The translations under genes and the position numbers were made by a program. Positions 1 through 11,459 of a stretch of 63,201 nt of DNA are shown here, piece by piece. How positions within the stretch are numbered: the stretch's first letter is position 1; the number at the start of each line of letters is the position of its first letter. The DNA is taken from positions 1-63,201 of the forward strand of contig CASGEW010000004.1 in NCBI GenBank assembly GCA_949300615.1, given 5' to 3'. Under the pieces are notes generated by a model. That model saw nothing but the letters and a program-made list of their open reading frames with translations. It was not told the origin of the DNA and made no database searches. This DNA is from an uncultured Bacteroidales bacterium (GTDB taxonomy: Bacteria > Bacteroidota > Bacteroidia > Bacteroidales > CHK158-818).

Positions 1-15
1 GACGCAAAGCGGACG

Positions 16-435
16 CTAAAAAGCAAGAACAATTAATGATGTTTTCAAGAACTGTTTCAACACGCCCATGAAACGTCGCTGGTTGGGGATATGTTCTATG
101 GTATCGCGAAGGAAAACCAGATCGAACAATCCGATATCCTGAGACGTTAGGTTATATATATCTTCGTAAATCAATTTGACTTTTTCGTGATTGGGATGGT
201 CGCTGAAAATTTTATTTCCCAGTTCTATTTTCCACTCCATCAAATCAACGCCTACACATTCGCATCCTTTGTCGAGAAACGGGGTTAGATTTCCCCCCTC
301 ACCGCAACCGATCTCCAATACCCGGGTTTGAGGCGTTATCGCCACAAAACGGGAAATATACGGAATTACATACGTTTGGGTCGTATAAATCTGTTCTCTG
401 AAATAGAGCTCTCTGTCGGTGTGTCGTTTTTGCAT
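16..435 (-). CDS. Class I SAM-dependent methyltransferase, possibly C-terminally truncated
   Basis: VLEIGCGEGG motif I, DLVFLRDTIEHI motif; ORF stops shortly after LKQFLK. Confidence 0.8.
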   Translation of the reverse strand: MQKRHTDRELYFREQIYTTQTYVIPYISRFVAITPQTRVLEIGCGEGGNLTPFLDKGCECVGVDLMEWKIELGNKIFSDHPNHEKVKLIYEDIYNLTSQDIGLFDLVFLRDTIEHIPNQRRFMGVLKQFLKTSLIVLAF

Positions 436-518
436 ATAAGCAGCAGATAAACGTTTTTTTTAATTATTCTATTATAAAGCAGGTTTTTATGCTACGCACA
501 AACAAAGGTACGTAAAAT

Positions 519-545
519 GCACGGACAGCTATCCGTGCGACAGAA
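519..545 (-). terminator. Hairpin downstream of rmuC
   Basis: GCACGGA-6nt-TCCGTGC inverted repeat at 519-538. Confidence 0.4.
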
Positions 546-551
546 ACAAAT

Positions 552-1964
552 TCAATCTGTTTCGTCCTCCTCGGCCGGTTTCAAAGACGAAGGCAACTCT
601 TTTTTGGCCTTTACACCCAGTTTTATCAACTTCTGGGCCTGCCCTATCAGGTTACCACTACCCTCTTTAAGTTGGTTAAACGCTTCGTTATAACTTTTGG
701 AGGCATTTCCCAAATGTTTTCCTATCTCATTCATCTTCTCAACAAACCCTACGAATTTATCGTACAAACGAGCTCCTCGCTCTGCAATGTCAAGTGCATT
801 CTGGTTTTGTTGTTCGCGTTTCCAGAGATCCACTACCAGTTTCAACGCAGCAATAAGGTTGGTAGGACTGATCAACAAAACCCGTTTGGAGTAGGCGTAT
901 TGCCATAAATTAGGGTCTTTTTGCATCGCCACCAGATAGGCCGGTTCGTTAGGGATGAACATCATCACAAAATCCAACGATGCGACATGGTCCTGATAAT
1001 GTTTAGCCGCCAGTTCGTCGATATGGCTTTTGACGGAACGGATGTGTTCTGCCAACGCTTTTTCCAACTCGCCGGTATCTTCGGCATCAACATACCGCGT
1101 ATAGGCCGTCAAAGAGACTTTTGAATCAATAATGATCCGACGGTTATCGGGATAGACAACCATCACATCGGGACGCATCCGTTTCCCGTTTTCGTTCAAG
1201 ACGGGATGTCCCATATCGTCTGTCAAAGTCTCCTGTACAAAATATTGTTGATTTTTTGTCAGTCCCGACTTTTCGAGAATACTTTCCAGAATGACCTCTC
1301 CCCAATCGCCTTGTGTTTTGGAATCGCCTTTCAACGCTTTTGTCAGGTTATTGGCCTCTTGGCTGATCCGTTGGTTCAATTCGACCAACTCTTTGATACG
1401 GCTGTCCAGACTAAACCGTTCTTTCGACTCTTTATCGTAGGTCTCCTCTACTTTGGTTTTAAATTCTGACAATTTTTCTTGCAACGGAGCCAATATACGG
1501 TCTATGTTCTCTTTATTCAGTTCAGTAAAACGTTTACTCTTTTCTTCGAGAATGGTATTGGCCATCAACTTGAACTCGTTATTCATTTGTGTTCGGAGAT
1601 TCTCCATTTCAACTTGTTGTGTCTGCATTTTTTCCGCCAATGTACGATTCTCTGCGGCAAGCTCTATCGCTCTCCTGGCATGAGCTTCCCGATCAGCGAC
1701 TGTTTCGGCCAGACGTTCTTCCAATTTCTGACGGACTTCGTTGTTTTGTTCAGACTCCCGTTCCAACATATCGATCCGGGCCTCTGCCACAGCTTTTTCC
1801 TGATACCACCGAACGGAATCTTCTTTTAAACGAATCCGTTCAGCATCGTTCTCCTCCTGACGACGTTTCTGCTCTTGTTCCGCTCTTTTACGTACAAATA
1901 CATAGAGTACCAAGAATATGATACCAACCAATAATCCTACAATAAAATAAACGAACTCCATCAT
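552..1964 (-). CDS. rmuC: DNA recombination protein RmuC
   Basis: N-terminal TM, coiled coil, [36 protein letters not shown] motifs. Confidence 0.95.
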   Translation of the reverse strand: MMEFVYFIVGLLVGIIFLVLYVFVRKRAEQEQKRRQEENDAERIRLKEDSVRWYQEKAVAEARIDMLERESEQNNEVRQKLEERLAETVADREAHARRAIELAAENRTLAEKMQTQQVEMENLRTQMNNEFKLMANTILEEKSKRFTELNKENIDRILAPLQEKLSEFKTKVEETYDKESKERFSLDSRIKELVELNQRISQEANNLTKALKGDSKTQGDWGEVILESILEKSGLTKNQQYFVQETLTDDMGHPVLNENGKRMRPDVMVVYPDNRRIIIDSKVSLTAYTRYVDAEDTGELEKALAEHIRSVKSHIDELAAKHYQDHVASLDFVMMFIPNEPAYLVAMQKDPNLWQYAYSKRVLLISPTNLIAALKLVVDLWKREQQNQNALDIAERGARLYDKFVGFVEKMNEIGKHLGNASKSYNEAFNQLKEGSGNLIGQAQKLIKLGVKAKKELPSSLKPAEEDETD

Positions 1965-2338
1965 TTTATTATCTGAACAATTTGTACACCAACATAAACG
2001 AACAACAATCCCAACGCAAAACTGGACAAGGCATACAAGGCCATGGTTCCAAAAGCGTTCTCTTTCAACAACGAAAGCGACTCTCCTGCAAAAGTAGAAA
2101 ACGTGGTAAAACTACCGCAAAAACCGATTATCAAAGCTGCCCGCCACCCTTCGGTAAACCAATCGGCCCGAGCAAATAACCCAATCAAAACTCCGATCAA
2201 AAGACACCCCGACAAATTTACTACCCAAGTAGCCAATGGAAAGGTAGATGTCCAATGTGATGCGATATAACGGGAAAGTAAATAACGGGAAACACTTCCC
2301 AAAAATCCTCCGGCACCTATACAAAATAACAGTTTCAT
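1961..2338 (-). CDS. crcB: Fluoride efflux channel CrcB/Fluc
   Basis: [10 protein letters not shown] and [12 protein letters not shown] motifs, 4 TM, 125 aa. Confidence 0.95.
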   Translation of the reverse strand: MKLLFCIGAGGFLGSVSRYLLSRYIASHWTSTFPLATWVVNLSGCLLIGVLIGLFARADWFTEGWRAALIIGFCGSFTTFSTFAGESLSLLKENAFGTMALYALSSFALGLLFVYVGVQIVQIIK

Positions 2339-2359
2339 AAAAATCTTATATTAACCGGT

Positions 2360-3706
2360 TCAGACGTTGAAACGGAGCTCCTCTCCCCGACACGTTTGGT
2401 TCAACTCGCCATTTTCATACGCAATTACCCCGTTTACATAGGTTTGATATACGGTCGCCGGGAAGATATAACCCTCGAACGGAGACCATCCGCATTTCGA
2501 CAAGGTATTTTCTTGGGTTACGGTATAGGGGCGGTCGGGGTCTATCAATACCAAATCGGCGTAATAACCTTTTCGGATGTATCCCCGGTCCTGAATTTTA
2601 TATAACTGTGCCGGTGCATGACACATTTTTTCTACCATCTTTTCCAGAGTTATCTCTCCCTGCCGGCTTTTATCTATCATGGCCAACAACGAATGTTGCA
2701 ACAACGGGCCTCCGGATGCGGCTTTCAAACAAGAGCCCTGCTTTTCTGCCCACGTATGCGGGGCATGGTCAGTCGCTATCACATCAATGAGATTATTGTT
2801 TACCGCCTCGGTCAACGCTACGCGATCGCTCTCTTTTTTAATAGCCGGATTCCATTTGATACGATTACCCAACCGGGCATAGTCCGAATCGTTGAAGAAC
2901 AGATGATGTACGCAAACCTCTCCTGTTATTTTCTTTTCTTTCAGCGGTTTATTCTCAAACAACGAAATTTCCCGGGCCGTAGAAAGATGCAGTATATGTA
3001 ACCTGGCTCCCGTACGCGAGGCCAACGCTACGGCCTTTGCCGAAGATTGGTAACAAGCCTCCTCACTCCGAATTAAAGGGTGGAACGTTACGGGCAATTC
3101 TTCTCCATACTGCTTTATAAAACGCTCCCTGTTGGCCTTTATCACCGACTCCTCTTCACAATGCACGGCAATGAGCAGCGGAATTTCTGAAAAGATACGC
3201 TCCAAAGCGCGGGCATCATCGACCAACATATTTCCGGTAGAAGAACCCATAAATATCTTTATCCCACAGACACGGTGCGGATCGGCTTTTTTCAGTTCTT
3301 CCAAATTTTCATTTGTCGCACCCAAGTAAAAAGAGTAATTCGCCAAAGAGGTTTCGGCAGCCCGTTGAAATTTCCATTCCAGATTTTCAAGGGTTGTTGT
3401 TTGCGGAACAGTGTTGGGCATATCCATAAACGAGGTTACACCTCCGGCAACAGCCGCAGCAGATTCGCTTCCTATATCGCCTTTATGTGTCAATCCCGGT
3501 TCCCGAAAATGGACTTGATCGTCTATAATACCGGGTATCAACCATTTGCCCCGAGCATCCACAACCGCAGATACCGATTGTTCTACCTCTTGCGGCAACT
3601 CTCCCATATATATATCGGCAATTCTTTCGCCTACAAGCAAAAGCGAACCGGTATATCGTTCACCTTCGTTTATAATAAGGGCATTTTTTATAAGAGTCTT
3701 TTTCAT
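2360..3706 (-). CDS. pyrC: Dihydroorotase
   Basis: [34 protein letters not shown]. Confidence 0.93.
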   Translation of the reverse strand: MKKTLIKNALIINEGERYTGSLLLVGERIADIYMGELPQEVEQSVSAVVDARGKWLIPGIIDDQVHFREPGLTHKGDIGSESAAAVAGGVTSFMDMPNTVPQTTTLENLEWKFQRAAETSLANYSFYLGATNENLEELKKADPHRVCGIKIFMGSSTGNMLVDDARALERIFSEIPLLIAVHCEEESVIKANRERFIKQYGEELPVTFHPLIRSEEACYQSSAKAVALASRTGARLHILHLSTAREISLFENKPLKEKKITGEVCVHHLFFNDSDYARLGNRIKWNPAIKKESDRVALTEAVNNNLIDVIATDHAPHTWAEKQGSCLKAASGGPLLQHSLLAMIDKSRQGEITLEKMVEKMCHAPAQLYKIQDRGYIRKGYYADLVLIDPDRPYTVTQENTLSKCGWSPFEGYIFPATVYQTYVNGVIAYENGELNQTCRGEELRFNV

Positions 3707-3818
3707 TTTGTCTCTTTTAATGAAACATCATAAATACAAAGGAACTCGAAAACAGAGACCCTGCCACGATTTCGTTGCTCGCGGGCGACAGACAATCCGC
3801 TTCAACAAAGGGATATTT

Positions 3819-4637
3819 TCAGTTCATTCCTTCTCTTGCCAACGATCGTTTCTTCACGCTATTGCGATTCAATCTTTTTTTCGGATATTTCTTAAACCAA
3901 CTGCCTACGGCCAGGCTTATTACACCGAATACAGCCTCTCCAAATATGGACGAATTCATTTTGCTTACCCCCAAACGTCTGTTAATAAATATAATAGGAA
4001 CTTCTATCAACTTGAATCCACATTTGGAAGCGGTAAACTTCATCTCAATCTGAAAAGCATATCCCTTGAAACGAATTTTATCCAGATCGATGGCTTCGAG
4101 CACATCACGCCGGTAACAGACAAAACCGGCTGTTGTATCGGCAATTTTCATTCCGGTAATCAGCCGTACATACTTGGAAGCAAAATAGGACATAACCACC
4201 CTACCCATGGGCCAGTTTACAACATTTACTCCCGAAATATACCGCGAACCGATAGCCATATCCGCCCCGTCGCTTATACACGCATCCAACAGACGAGGCA
4301 AATCTTCCGGATTATGGGAGAAATCGGCATCCATCTCAAAAATATACTCATAACCGTTTTCTATGGCCCACTTGAAACCGGTGATGTACGCCGTTCCCAG
4401 TCCCAACTTGCCGGCCCTCTCTATCAAAAAGAGCGCGTCGGAAAACTCTTGCTGCAAAGTCTTTACAATAGATGCCGTCCCATCGGGGGAACCATCGTCT
4501 ATGATCAAGATATGAAAGTGTTCTCCCTGACAAAATACAGAACGAATGATGTCCTCTACATTCTCTTTTTCATTGTATGTCGGTATGATGACCAGACAAG
4601 GTTGAACTTCCGATATGTTTTCGTCCCGTATCAACAT
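3819..4637 (-). CDS. Polyprenol monophosphomannose synthase (GT2, Dpm1-like)
   Basis: IIPTYNEKEN, DDGSPDGT, KLGLGTAY, EMDADFSH. Confidence 0.92.
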   Translation of the reverse strand: MLIRDENISEVQPCLVIIPTYNEKENVEDIIRSVFCQGEHFHILIIDDGSPDGTASIVKTLQQEFSDALFLIERAGKLGLGTAYITGFKWAIENGYEYIFEMDADFSHNPEDLPRLLDACISDGADMAIGSRYISGVNVVNWPMGRVVMSYFASKYVRLITGMKIADTTAGFVCYRRDVLEAIDLDKIRFKGYAFQIEMKFTASKCGFKLIEVPIIFINRRLGVSKMNSSIFGEAVFGVISLAVGSWFKKYPKKRLNRNSVKKRSLAREGMN

Positions 4638-4659
4638 AAATTAATGATTAATTTGTTTT

Positions 4660-4727
4660 CAAATATACGATATTTTAAAGGATTTAGCCGAATTGATTCC
4701 ATTTTTTACCGAAAAAAAGTATTTTTG
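4660..4727. promoter_or_regulatory. Divergent Bacteroidetes -7 promoter boxes
   Basis: TATATTTG on minus strand (4660-4667) and TATTTTTG on plus strand (4720-4727) match TAnnTTTG. Confidence 0.6.
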
Positions 4728-4771
4728 CGTTCGTTTTTATCCTCTTAGGGCAATAAATCTGACAATAAGAA

Positions 4772-7700
4772 ATGACTATATCCGAGCTTTCCCATATATT
4801 TAACACCTCTGTTCGGCAATCGGCTCTATTCAAATTACTAAAAAACGATCAAGTAAGTACCATTCACTTGCAAGGGTTGCAAGGGTCGGCACTGGCACTG
4901 GCACTATCGCCGCTGCTCGAAACAGGAAACCAGTTCGTATTTATTGCCAACGACTTGGAAGAGGCCGGATATTTGTATCACGACCTGGTACAGATAAACG
5001 GAGAACAAAAAATTCTCTTTTTCCCATCTGCTTACAAACGACAGATCAAATACGGGCAATTAGACCCTTCGAACGAAATACTCCGGACAGAGACCCTCAA
5101 TCGGTTAAGCCAGTATTCAGGCAGCATCCTGGTCATTACATATCCCGAAGCCCTGGCCGAAAAAGTAGTATCGAACCAGTTACTGACTAAAAAGACATTG
5201 TCTCTCTCCTCGGGAGAGAAAGTGAGCAGTACGTTTGTGGCCGATGTATTGTTTGAATATGGGTTTGAACGGGTAGATTATGTGTATGAACCGGGACAAT
5301 ACGCCGTAAGAGGAAGTATTCTCGATGTTTTCTCCTTTTCAAACGACTACCCGTACCGCATTGATTTTTTCGGAGATGAAATAGATAGTATCCGTACGTT
5401 TGAAATCGAGACGCAACTTTCAAAAGAACGGTTATCCCAGATCTGCATCATCCCGGATGTTTCGCAAGAGAGCGTATCGGGGGTCTCGTTACTGGACTTC
5501 ATTCAACCATCCGTCATACTCGGATGCCGAGACCTTACGTGGGTGGTAGAACGTATTGCCGGGATAGCCTCAGAGACCATCTCGTCCCAGCTGCTGATCT
5601 CGGAAGACGGCGATACAAAAGCCATGGAAAAGATCATCGACCCGGAACTGTTCAAACGAAAAATTTTCAATTTCCGGCGTATCGACTTCGGGGCCAACAG
5701 CCCCTCGGCATCACCGGCGATCATCCGGATGAATTGCTCGGCCCAACCTATTTTCCACAAAAATTTCGACCTGGTCAGCGAAACCCTTCACAAATATGCA
5801 GACGACGGCTACAAGATATATATCCTCAGCGACAGTCCCAAACAGATTGAACGCATCCAAACCATTTTCGACGACAGAAACGACAACATCGTATTCACGC
5901 CCGTGGATAAAACCCTGCACGAAGGATTTACCGACCACGACCTGAAATGCTGTTTCTTTACCGACCACCAGATATTCAACCGTTTTCACAAATACAACCT
6001 GAAAAGCGAAAAAGCCCGTTCCGGGAAACTGGCTCTTTCGTTGAAAGAGTTGAAACAGTTTGAGATAGGCGATTATATCGTACACATCGACCACGGTATC
6101 GGGAAATTCGGAGGATTGGTAAGAACCGAAATAAACGGGAAAATGCAAGAGGTGGTCAAACTCGTCTTCCTGAACGACGATATTCTGTTCGTAAGCCTAC
6201 ATGCCCTGCACAAACTATCCAAATACCGGGCCAAAGAGGGAGAAGCTCCACGCATCAACAAATTGGGTTCCGGAGCTTGGGAGCGGATGAAAGAGAAGAC
6301 CAAGAGCAAAATAAAAGACATTGCCCGAGACCTCATCTTATTATACGCCAAACGTAAACAGGAAAAAGGATTTGCCTACTCTCCCGATTCGTACCTGCAA
6401 CAGGAGTTGGAAGCCTCGTTCGTTTACGAAGATACGCCCGACCAGTTGAAATCTACGCAAGAGGTCAAACACGACATGGAAAGCGAACAACCCATGGACA
6501 GGCTCATTTGCGGAGATGTCGGTTTCGGCAAAACGGAAATCGCCATACGAGCTGCCTTTAAAGCGGTAACCGACAACAAACAGGTGGCCATATTGGTCCC
6601 GACAACCGTATTGGCTTTTCAACACTATAAAACGTTCAGCGACCGATTAAAAGATTTTCCCGTAACCATCGAATATTTAAGTCGCGCCCGTAAAGCATCG
6701 GACGTTAAAACAATTCTGAAACAGTTGCCAGAGGGGAAACCCGATATTATCATCGGTACACACCGCCTTATCGGAAAAGATGTCAAGTTTAAAGATTTAG
6801 GGCTGCTTATCATAGACGAAGAACAGAAATTCGGCGTATCGGTAAAAGAGAAACTTAAACAGCTGAAAGTAAACGTGGATACACTCACCATGTCGGCAAC
6901 TCCCATCCCCCGGACACTGCAATTCTCGCTTATGGGAGCCCGTGACCTATCGGTCATAACCACCCCTCCCCCCAACCGCTATCCCATACAAACCGAAGTA
7001 CACGGGTTCAACGAAGATATTATCCGCGAAGCCGTTAACTTCGAGATGAGCCGGAATGGGCAGGTATTTATCGTCAATAACCGTATCCAGCAACTGAACG
7101 AACTGGCCGACACCGTCCATCGCCTGGTACCGGATGCCCGTATCTGTATCGGACACGGACAAATGGAATCGGAGAAACTGGAACAGGTAATCATGGATTT
7201 CACCAACTACGATTACGACGTATTGGTAGCCACCACCATCATCGAATCGGGAATCGATATACCCAACACCAATACCATCATCATCAACAACGCCCAGAAT
7301 TTCGGATTGAGCGAACTGCACCAACTGCGCGGCCGGGTGGGCCGAAGCAACAAAAAGGCGTTCTGTTACCTGCTGGTACCCCCTTTGCGTACACTGACTG
7401 TCGAAGCTCGGCGAAGGTTACAAGCTATCGAGAGTTTTTCAGACTTGGGAAGCGGCATACACATTGCCATGCAGGACCTCGACATCCGGGGAGCAGGAAA
7501 CCTGTTGGGAGCCGAACAAAGCGGATTCATCGCAGATTTAGGATATGAAACTTATCAGAAAATCTTAAACGAAGCGGTAACAGAACTCAAAAACGACGAA
7601 TTCAGCGACCTCTACCGAAACGAAAACGACCGGCAGGAGCAGATGCCCGGATATGTATCCGAGTGCATCGTGGAATCGGACCTGGAACTGTTATTCCCGA

Positions 7701-8119
7701 ACAACTATATTCCCAACGACTCCGAACGTATCTCCCTCTACCAGCAACTGGACGAAATGGAACGGGAAACGGATATAAAAAGATTTGCCGAACAATTGGA
7801 AGACCGCTTCGGTCGTATCCCCCACGAAGGCAGAGAGTTGATACGTGTCGTTACGTTACGGCGATTAGGCAAGCTGTTAGGGTTGGAAAAAATCGCGTTG
7901 AAACAGGGGAAAATGTACCTATATTTTATCAACGACGAAAAAAGCGGTTATTTCCAATCGCAACCATTCGGAAAGATTCTCTTCTATTTACAGCATCACG
8001 CCCGTATGTGCAAACTGAGAGAGATGAAAGGAAAACGATCCATGGCGATCGACGGCGTAAACAGCGTCGAAACGGCGGTCTCCATCCTGCAAGAGATATT
8101 GGCAAACGAAGCCATTTGA
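4772..8119 (+). CDS. mfd: Transcription-repair coupling factor
   Basis: UvrB-homology region, CarD-like VHIDHGIG, GDVGFGKT, DEEQKFG, TRCF C-terminus. Confidence 0.98.
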   Translation: MTISELSHIFNTSVRQSALFKLLKNDQVSTIHLQGLQGSALALALSPLLETGNQFVFIANDLEEAGYLYHDLVQINGEQKILFFPSAYKRQIKYGQLDPSNEILRTETLNRLSQYSGSILVITYPEALAEKVVSNQLLTKKTLSLSSGEKVSSTFVADVLFEYGFERVDYVYEPGQYAVRGSILDVFSFSNDYPYRIDFFGDEIDSIRTFEIETQLSKERLSQICIIPDVSQESVSGVSLLDFIQPSVILGCRDLTWVVERIAGIASETISSQLLISEDGDTKAMEKIIDPELFKRKIFNFRRIDFGANSPSASPAIIRMNCSAQPIFHKNFDLVSETLHKYADDGYKIYILSDSPKQIERIQTIFDDRNDNIVFTPVDKTLHEGFTDHDLKCCFFTDHQIFNRFHKYNLKSEKARSGKLALSLKELKQFEIGDYIVHIDHGIGKFGGLVRTEINGKMQEVVKLVFLNDDILFVSLHALHKLSKYRAKEGEAPRINKLGSGAWERMKEKTKSKIKDIARDLILLYAKRKQEKGFAYSPDSYLQQELEASFVYEDTPDQLKSTQEVKHDMESEQPMDRLICGDVGFGKTEIAIRAAFKAVTDNKQVAILVPTTVLAFQHYKTFSDRLKDFPVTIEYLSRARKASDVKTILKQLPEGKPDIIIGTHRLIGKDVKFKDLGLLIIDEEQKFGVSVKEKLKQLKVNVDTLTMSATPIPRTLQFSLMGARDLSVITTPPPNRYPIQTEVHGFNEDIIREAVNFEMSRNGQVFIVNNRIQQLNELADTVHRLVPDARICIGHGQMESEKLEQVIMDFTNYDYDVLVATTIIESGIDIPNTNTIIINNAQNFGLSELHQLRGRVGRSNKKAFCYLLVPPLRTLTVEARRRLQAIESFSDLGSGIHIAMQDLDIRGAGNLLGAEQSGFIADLGYETYQKILNEAVTELKNDEFSDLYRNENDRQEQMPGYVSECIVESDLELLFPNNYIPNDSERISLYQQLDEMERETDIKRFAEQLEDRFGRIPHEGRELIRVVTLRRLGKLLGLEKIALKQGKMYLYFINDEKSGYFQSQPFGKILFYLQHHARMCKLREMKGKRSMAIDGVNSVETAVSILQEILANEAI

Positions 8120-8254
8120 GACAAACGACTCGATTAATTCATTGGAGATGAGAAACAAGAATAATCGTTTGCCCGATTTCTTCTAAAAAAGAGAAAAAAC
8201 AGCAGACGATGCGCCATTCTTTTTATACTTTTGCGGGCAAATTTTCGACAAACG

Positions 8255-9193
8255 ATGAACGTAAAAGCCAAAGGTTATATTTTGGGGACGATTGCCGCAG
8301 CCACGTACGGTATGAATCCGCTCTTTGCCCTACCGTTATACAAGGATGGAATGAATCCCGATTCTGTCCTGTTTTTCAGGTATTTGTTTGCCATCCCACT
8401 ATTAGGAATCATGATTAAAGCCCGACGAAGAGATTTTAAAATAAACAGAAAAGAGATTTTTCCGCTGTCCATATTCGGCATATTGATGTCCATCTCTTCG
8501 CTCACGCTATTTCAAAGTTACAACTATATGGATGCCGGTATCGCATCGACACTGCTATTTATCTATCCCATCTTGGTGGCATTGATCATGGCTTTTGTCT
8601 TCAAAGAGAGGTTGACCCTGCAAACGGCACTGTGTATCCTGTTGGCCGTAGGAGGCATCGGGCTCTTATATAAAAACAGCGACGGTTCTACACTCAGCCT
8701 GACAGGTACGGCCCTGGTATTCGCCTCTTCGCTTTCGTATGCCATCTACCTGGTAGGAATCAACCAAAACTCTTTAAAGAGTATGGCGACTCTGAAAGTT
8801 ACCTTCTATGTGTTGCTTTTCGGCCTGACACTGTTCATCGCAAGGCTGTACATCAACGACAACCTTACCCTGCCCAACGAATGGTACTTATGGGGAAATT
8901 TGTTGGCTCTGGCCCTCTTCCCTACCGCTATCTCCTTCGTCTGTACGACGGGGGCCATCCAATACATCGGTTCTACTCCTACCGCTATATTGGGTGCCTT
9001 GGAACCGGTTACCGCCATTTTTTTCGGGATAACGGTATTTGGCGAAACCCTCACTCTTCGAGAATCTACCGGTCTGGTATTGATTATTGTTGCTGTTACG
9101 TTTGTTATTGCAGGAAGCAATATCACGGTACACCTGACCCGTTTCAGGAAAATGTTCCCGAAACTCCCCCTAAGGCGCAAAAAACAAAGTTGA
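8255..9193 (+). CDS. DMT/EamA family transporter
   Basis: About 10 TM, two EamA repeats, LEPVTA motif; ATG 8255 follows TACTTTTG at 8226-8233. Confidence 0.9.
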   Translation: MNVKAKGYILGTIAAATYGMNPLFALPLYKDGMNPDSVLFFRYLFAIPLLGIMIKARRRDFKINRKEIFPLSIFGILMSISSLTLFQSYNYMDAGIASTLLFIYPILVALIMAFVFKERLTLQTALCILLAVGGIGLLYKNSDGSTLSLTGTALVFASSLSYAIYLVGINQNSLKSMATLKVTFYVLLFGLTLFIARLYINDNLTLPNEWYLWGNLLALALFPTAISFVCTTGAIQYIGSTPTAILGALEPVTAIFFGITVFGETLTLRESTGLVLIIVAVTFVIAGSNITVHLTRFRKMFPKLPLRRKKQS

Positions 9194-9253
9194 TTTCCTC
9201 GACAATATTTCCGGCCCACCGAAAAGAACATTTCCGGCAGACAGACCAACCGG

Positions 9254-10243
9254 TCAGAAATCCCTTTCGTTGGCCATATTCCAAAGATTCAGATAGGCCG
9301 ATTTTATAATATCCACGGCTTTGGGATAATTTATTTTATCGGCATGATCCGAGGGTTTGTGATAATCCGGATGCCCGTTGGTATGGTACCAGATAATGGG
9401 TATCTCTTTTCGGGCAAAAGAGGCATTGTCGCTCCCGCCTACCGGCTTGTCCCACGGACGATACTCCGGTGTCAACTTCAAATCGTATCTTTGAATATGG
9501 CTTTTCATCCACGTTTCAAACGCGGGATGGCTCTCAGTATAAAAATAGACAACATGGGTCTGTACCGCTTCGTCGGTATTACGACCTATCATGTCAAAAT
9601 TCAAATAACCCTTGATTTTGGTCGGATCGGGAAATACAGAGACAAAATAGGCTGAGCCCAAAAGCCCCCGCTCCTCTCCGTCCCAGAAAGCAAAAAGGAC
9701 CGTTCGTTCAGGTTGCTGACCGGTTGCCAGAAATGCTTTGGCAATTTGCAAAACAGCCGATACTCCCGAAGCATTGTCGTCCGCCCCGTTATACAGGGAA
9801 TCGCCGTTCACGGCCTTGTCAATACCCAAATGATCGTAATGCGCCCCTACGATAACATACTCGTCGCTGAGCCTACCGGGGATACAAGCGATGATGTTAC
9901 GCATCTCTACCGGGACACCTCCCGATTGCAAAAGAGAGTCGCGCTTCGCCGGATTCACAGAATAGCGATTTGTCTTTTCACTTTTTATCGCCTCGAAAGG
10001 CTGGTAATATGAATCTTTCCATGCTGAAACACCCATATCGTCCAAAAGAGAGACGATATAAGCCGCTGCAATCTTTCCTCCCCAAGAACCGGCCGCACGG
10101 CCTTCCAACAAATCATCGGCTAAAAAAGAGATTTGTGATCTGACTGAATTTTCGGTTATGGTCTCCAAGCCCTTATCTACCTGGGCCATTCCCCCGATAC
10201 GACAGAGGAAGAGAAATAGCACTACAAGGATATAGTTTTTCAT
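9254..10243 (-). CDS. Secreted M28 family peptidase
   Basis: Signal peptide, GAHYDHLG, GADDNASG, GEERGLLGS, SDNASF, YHKPSD. Confidence 0.92.
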   Translation of the reverse strand: MKNYILVVLFLFLCRIGGMAQVDKGLETITENSVRSQISFLADDLLEGRAAGSWGGKIAAAYIVSLLDDMGVSAWKDSYYQPFEAIKSEKTNRYSVNPAKRDSLLQSGGVPVEMRNIIACIPGRLSDEYVIVGAHYDHLGIDKAVNGDSLYNGADDNASGVSAVLQIAKAFLATGQQPERTVLFAFWDGEERGLLGSAYFVSVFPDPTKIKGYLNFDMIGRNTDEAVQTHVVYFYTESHPAFETWMKSHIQRYDLKLTPEYRPWDKPVGGSDNASFARKEIPIIWYHTNGHPDYHKPSDHADKINYPKAVDIIKSAYLNLWNMANERDF

Positions 10244-10446
10244 TGCGGCGAGTATTAAATTATCACAAAAATACAGCGATCGATGCAAATTCCCAAAAGA
10301 ATCTTACAAAAACAGGATGCTTTTATACTCAACGAAAAACGGTTGATTTGGTCATACACGCATCGAAATCATAATATACGTAAAGAATCAACGTATATTT
10401 TATAAAATAGCAACTCTTCAATAATTTTTTTGTACTTTTGTCTTCA

Positions 10447-10525
10447 CAACAAAAGGGGTGCCTAAAATTGGCTGAGATTATACCCTATGAACCTATACGG
10501 ATAATGCCGAAGTAGGAATTTGTTC
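10447..10525 (+). ncRNA. TPP riboswitch
   Basis: GGGGTGC...GCTGAGATTATACCC..TGAACCT..GGATAATGCC..AGTAGGAA core, AACAAA/TTTGTT P1; promoter TACTTTTG at 10433-10440; precedes thi operon. Confidence 0.95.
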
Positions 10526-10597
10526 ATAGAATATAGCACTTCTCGCTGTCCAATAATTACAAACACTCCTATCATTTAAATAAACCCGATTACAGCA

Positions 10598-11431
10598 ATG
10601 AGGCTATATCGTACCGTTTTATCTATTGCCGGATCAGACAGCGGAGGTGGCGCAGGCATACAGGCCGATATGAAAACAATATCGGCGTTGGGAGTATATG
10701 CCACGACAGCCATCACAGCAGTTACAGCCCAAAACACCTGCGGTGTTTCGTCCATTGAGCCGGTTTCTCCCCTGCTTGTCAAAGCCCAGATTGAGGTCGT
10801 ATTGAGCGACATAGGAGCAGATGCCATCAAAATAGGTATGTTGCACAATTTGGCGGCAGCAAAAGTCGTATCCGAAGCAATCGTACGATATTCGCCGCAA
10901 TATGTCATACTCGACCCGGTTATGATTTCAACCAGCGGGCATAAATTGATTGAAGATGAAACCATCGATTTTATCCGTAATACTCTTATGAAACAAGCCT
11001 CGCTCATTACTCCCAACATAGACGAAGCGGCTCTGCTGGCTCAATGCGAGATACAATCGGAAAAAGAGGTTTATACGGCTGCCGAAAAGCTATTAAATGC
11101 CGGATGTCGTGCCGTATTGATGAAAGGCGGACACCTAAAAGGCGAAACGATGACCGATATACTGTTTACCGGAAAGTCCAACCCGATCGTTTTAAGAGAG
11201 AAATGCATCACCTCCCCAAATACGCACGGGACCGGTTGTACCCTCTCTTCTGCCATTGCTTCCTATTTGGCACTGGGACAACAACTCGAAGATGCAGTCA
11301 TTGCAGCCAAACGGTACATTACACAAGCCATCGAAGCCGGCAGTACAGTAACCGTCGGGAAAGGGCATGGCCCGTTGAATCATTTTTTCAATCCGGCCCC
11401 TTTACGTATCATCTCGGACAATTTAACCTAA
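10598..11431 (+). CDS. thiD: HMP/HMP-P kinase
   Basis: IAGSDSGGGAGIQAD, ITPNIDEA, HGTGCTLSSA. Confidence 0.96.
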   Translation: MRLYRTVLSIAGSDSGGGAGIQADMKTISALGVYATTAITAVTAQNTCGVSSIEPVSPLLVKAQIEVVLSDIGADAIKIGMLHNLAAAKVVSEAIVRYSPQYVILDPVMISTSGHKLIEDETIDFIRNTLMKQASLITPNIDEAALLAQCEIQSEKEVYTAAEKLLNAGCRAVLMKGGHLKGETMTDILFTGKSNPIVLREKCITSPNTHGTGCTLSSAIASYLALGQQLEDAVIAAKRYITQAIEAGSTVTVGKGHGPLNHFFNPAPLRIISDNLT

Positions 11432-11459
11432 ATCCATAACGACAACAACCATTATCACT

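Noticed and set aside
2338-2360. Fluoride riboswitch upstream of crcB
   Set aside because: Only 21 bp separate pyrC and crcB; no motif seen
3546-4748. 400-aa plus-strand ORF
   Set aside because: Antisense to the GT2 gene and pyrC; shadow ORF
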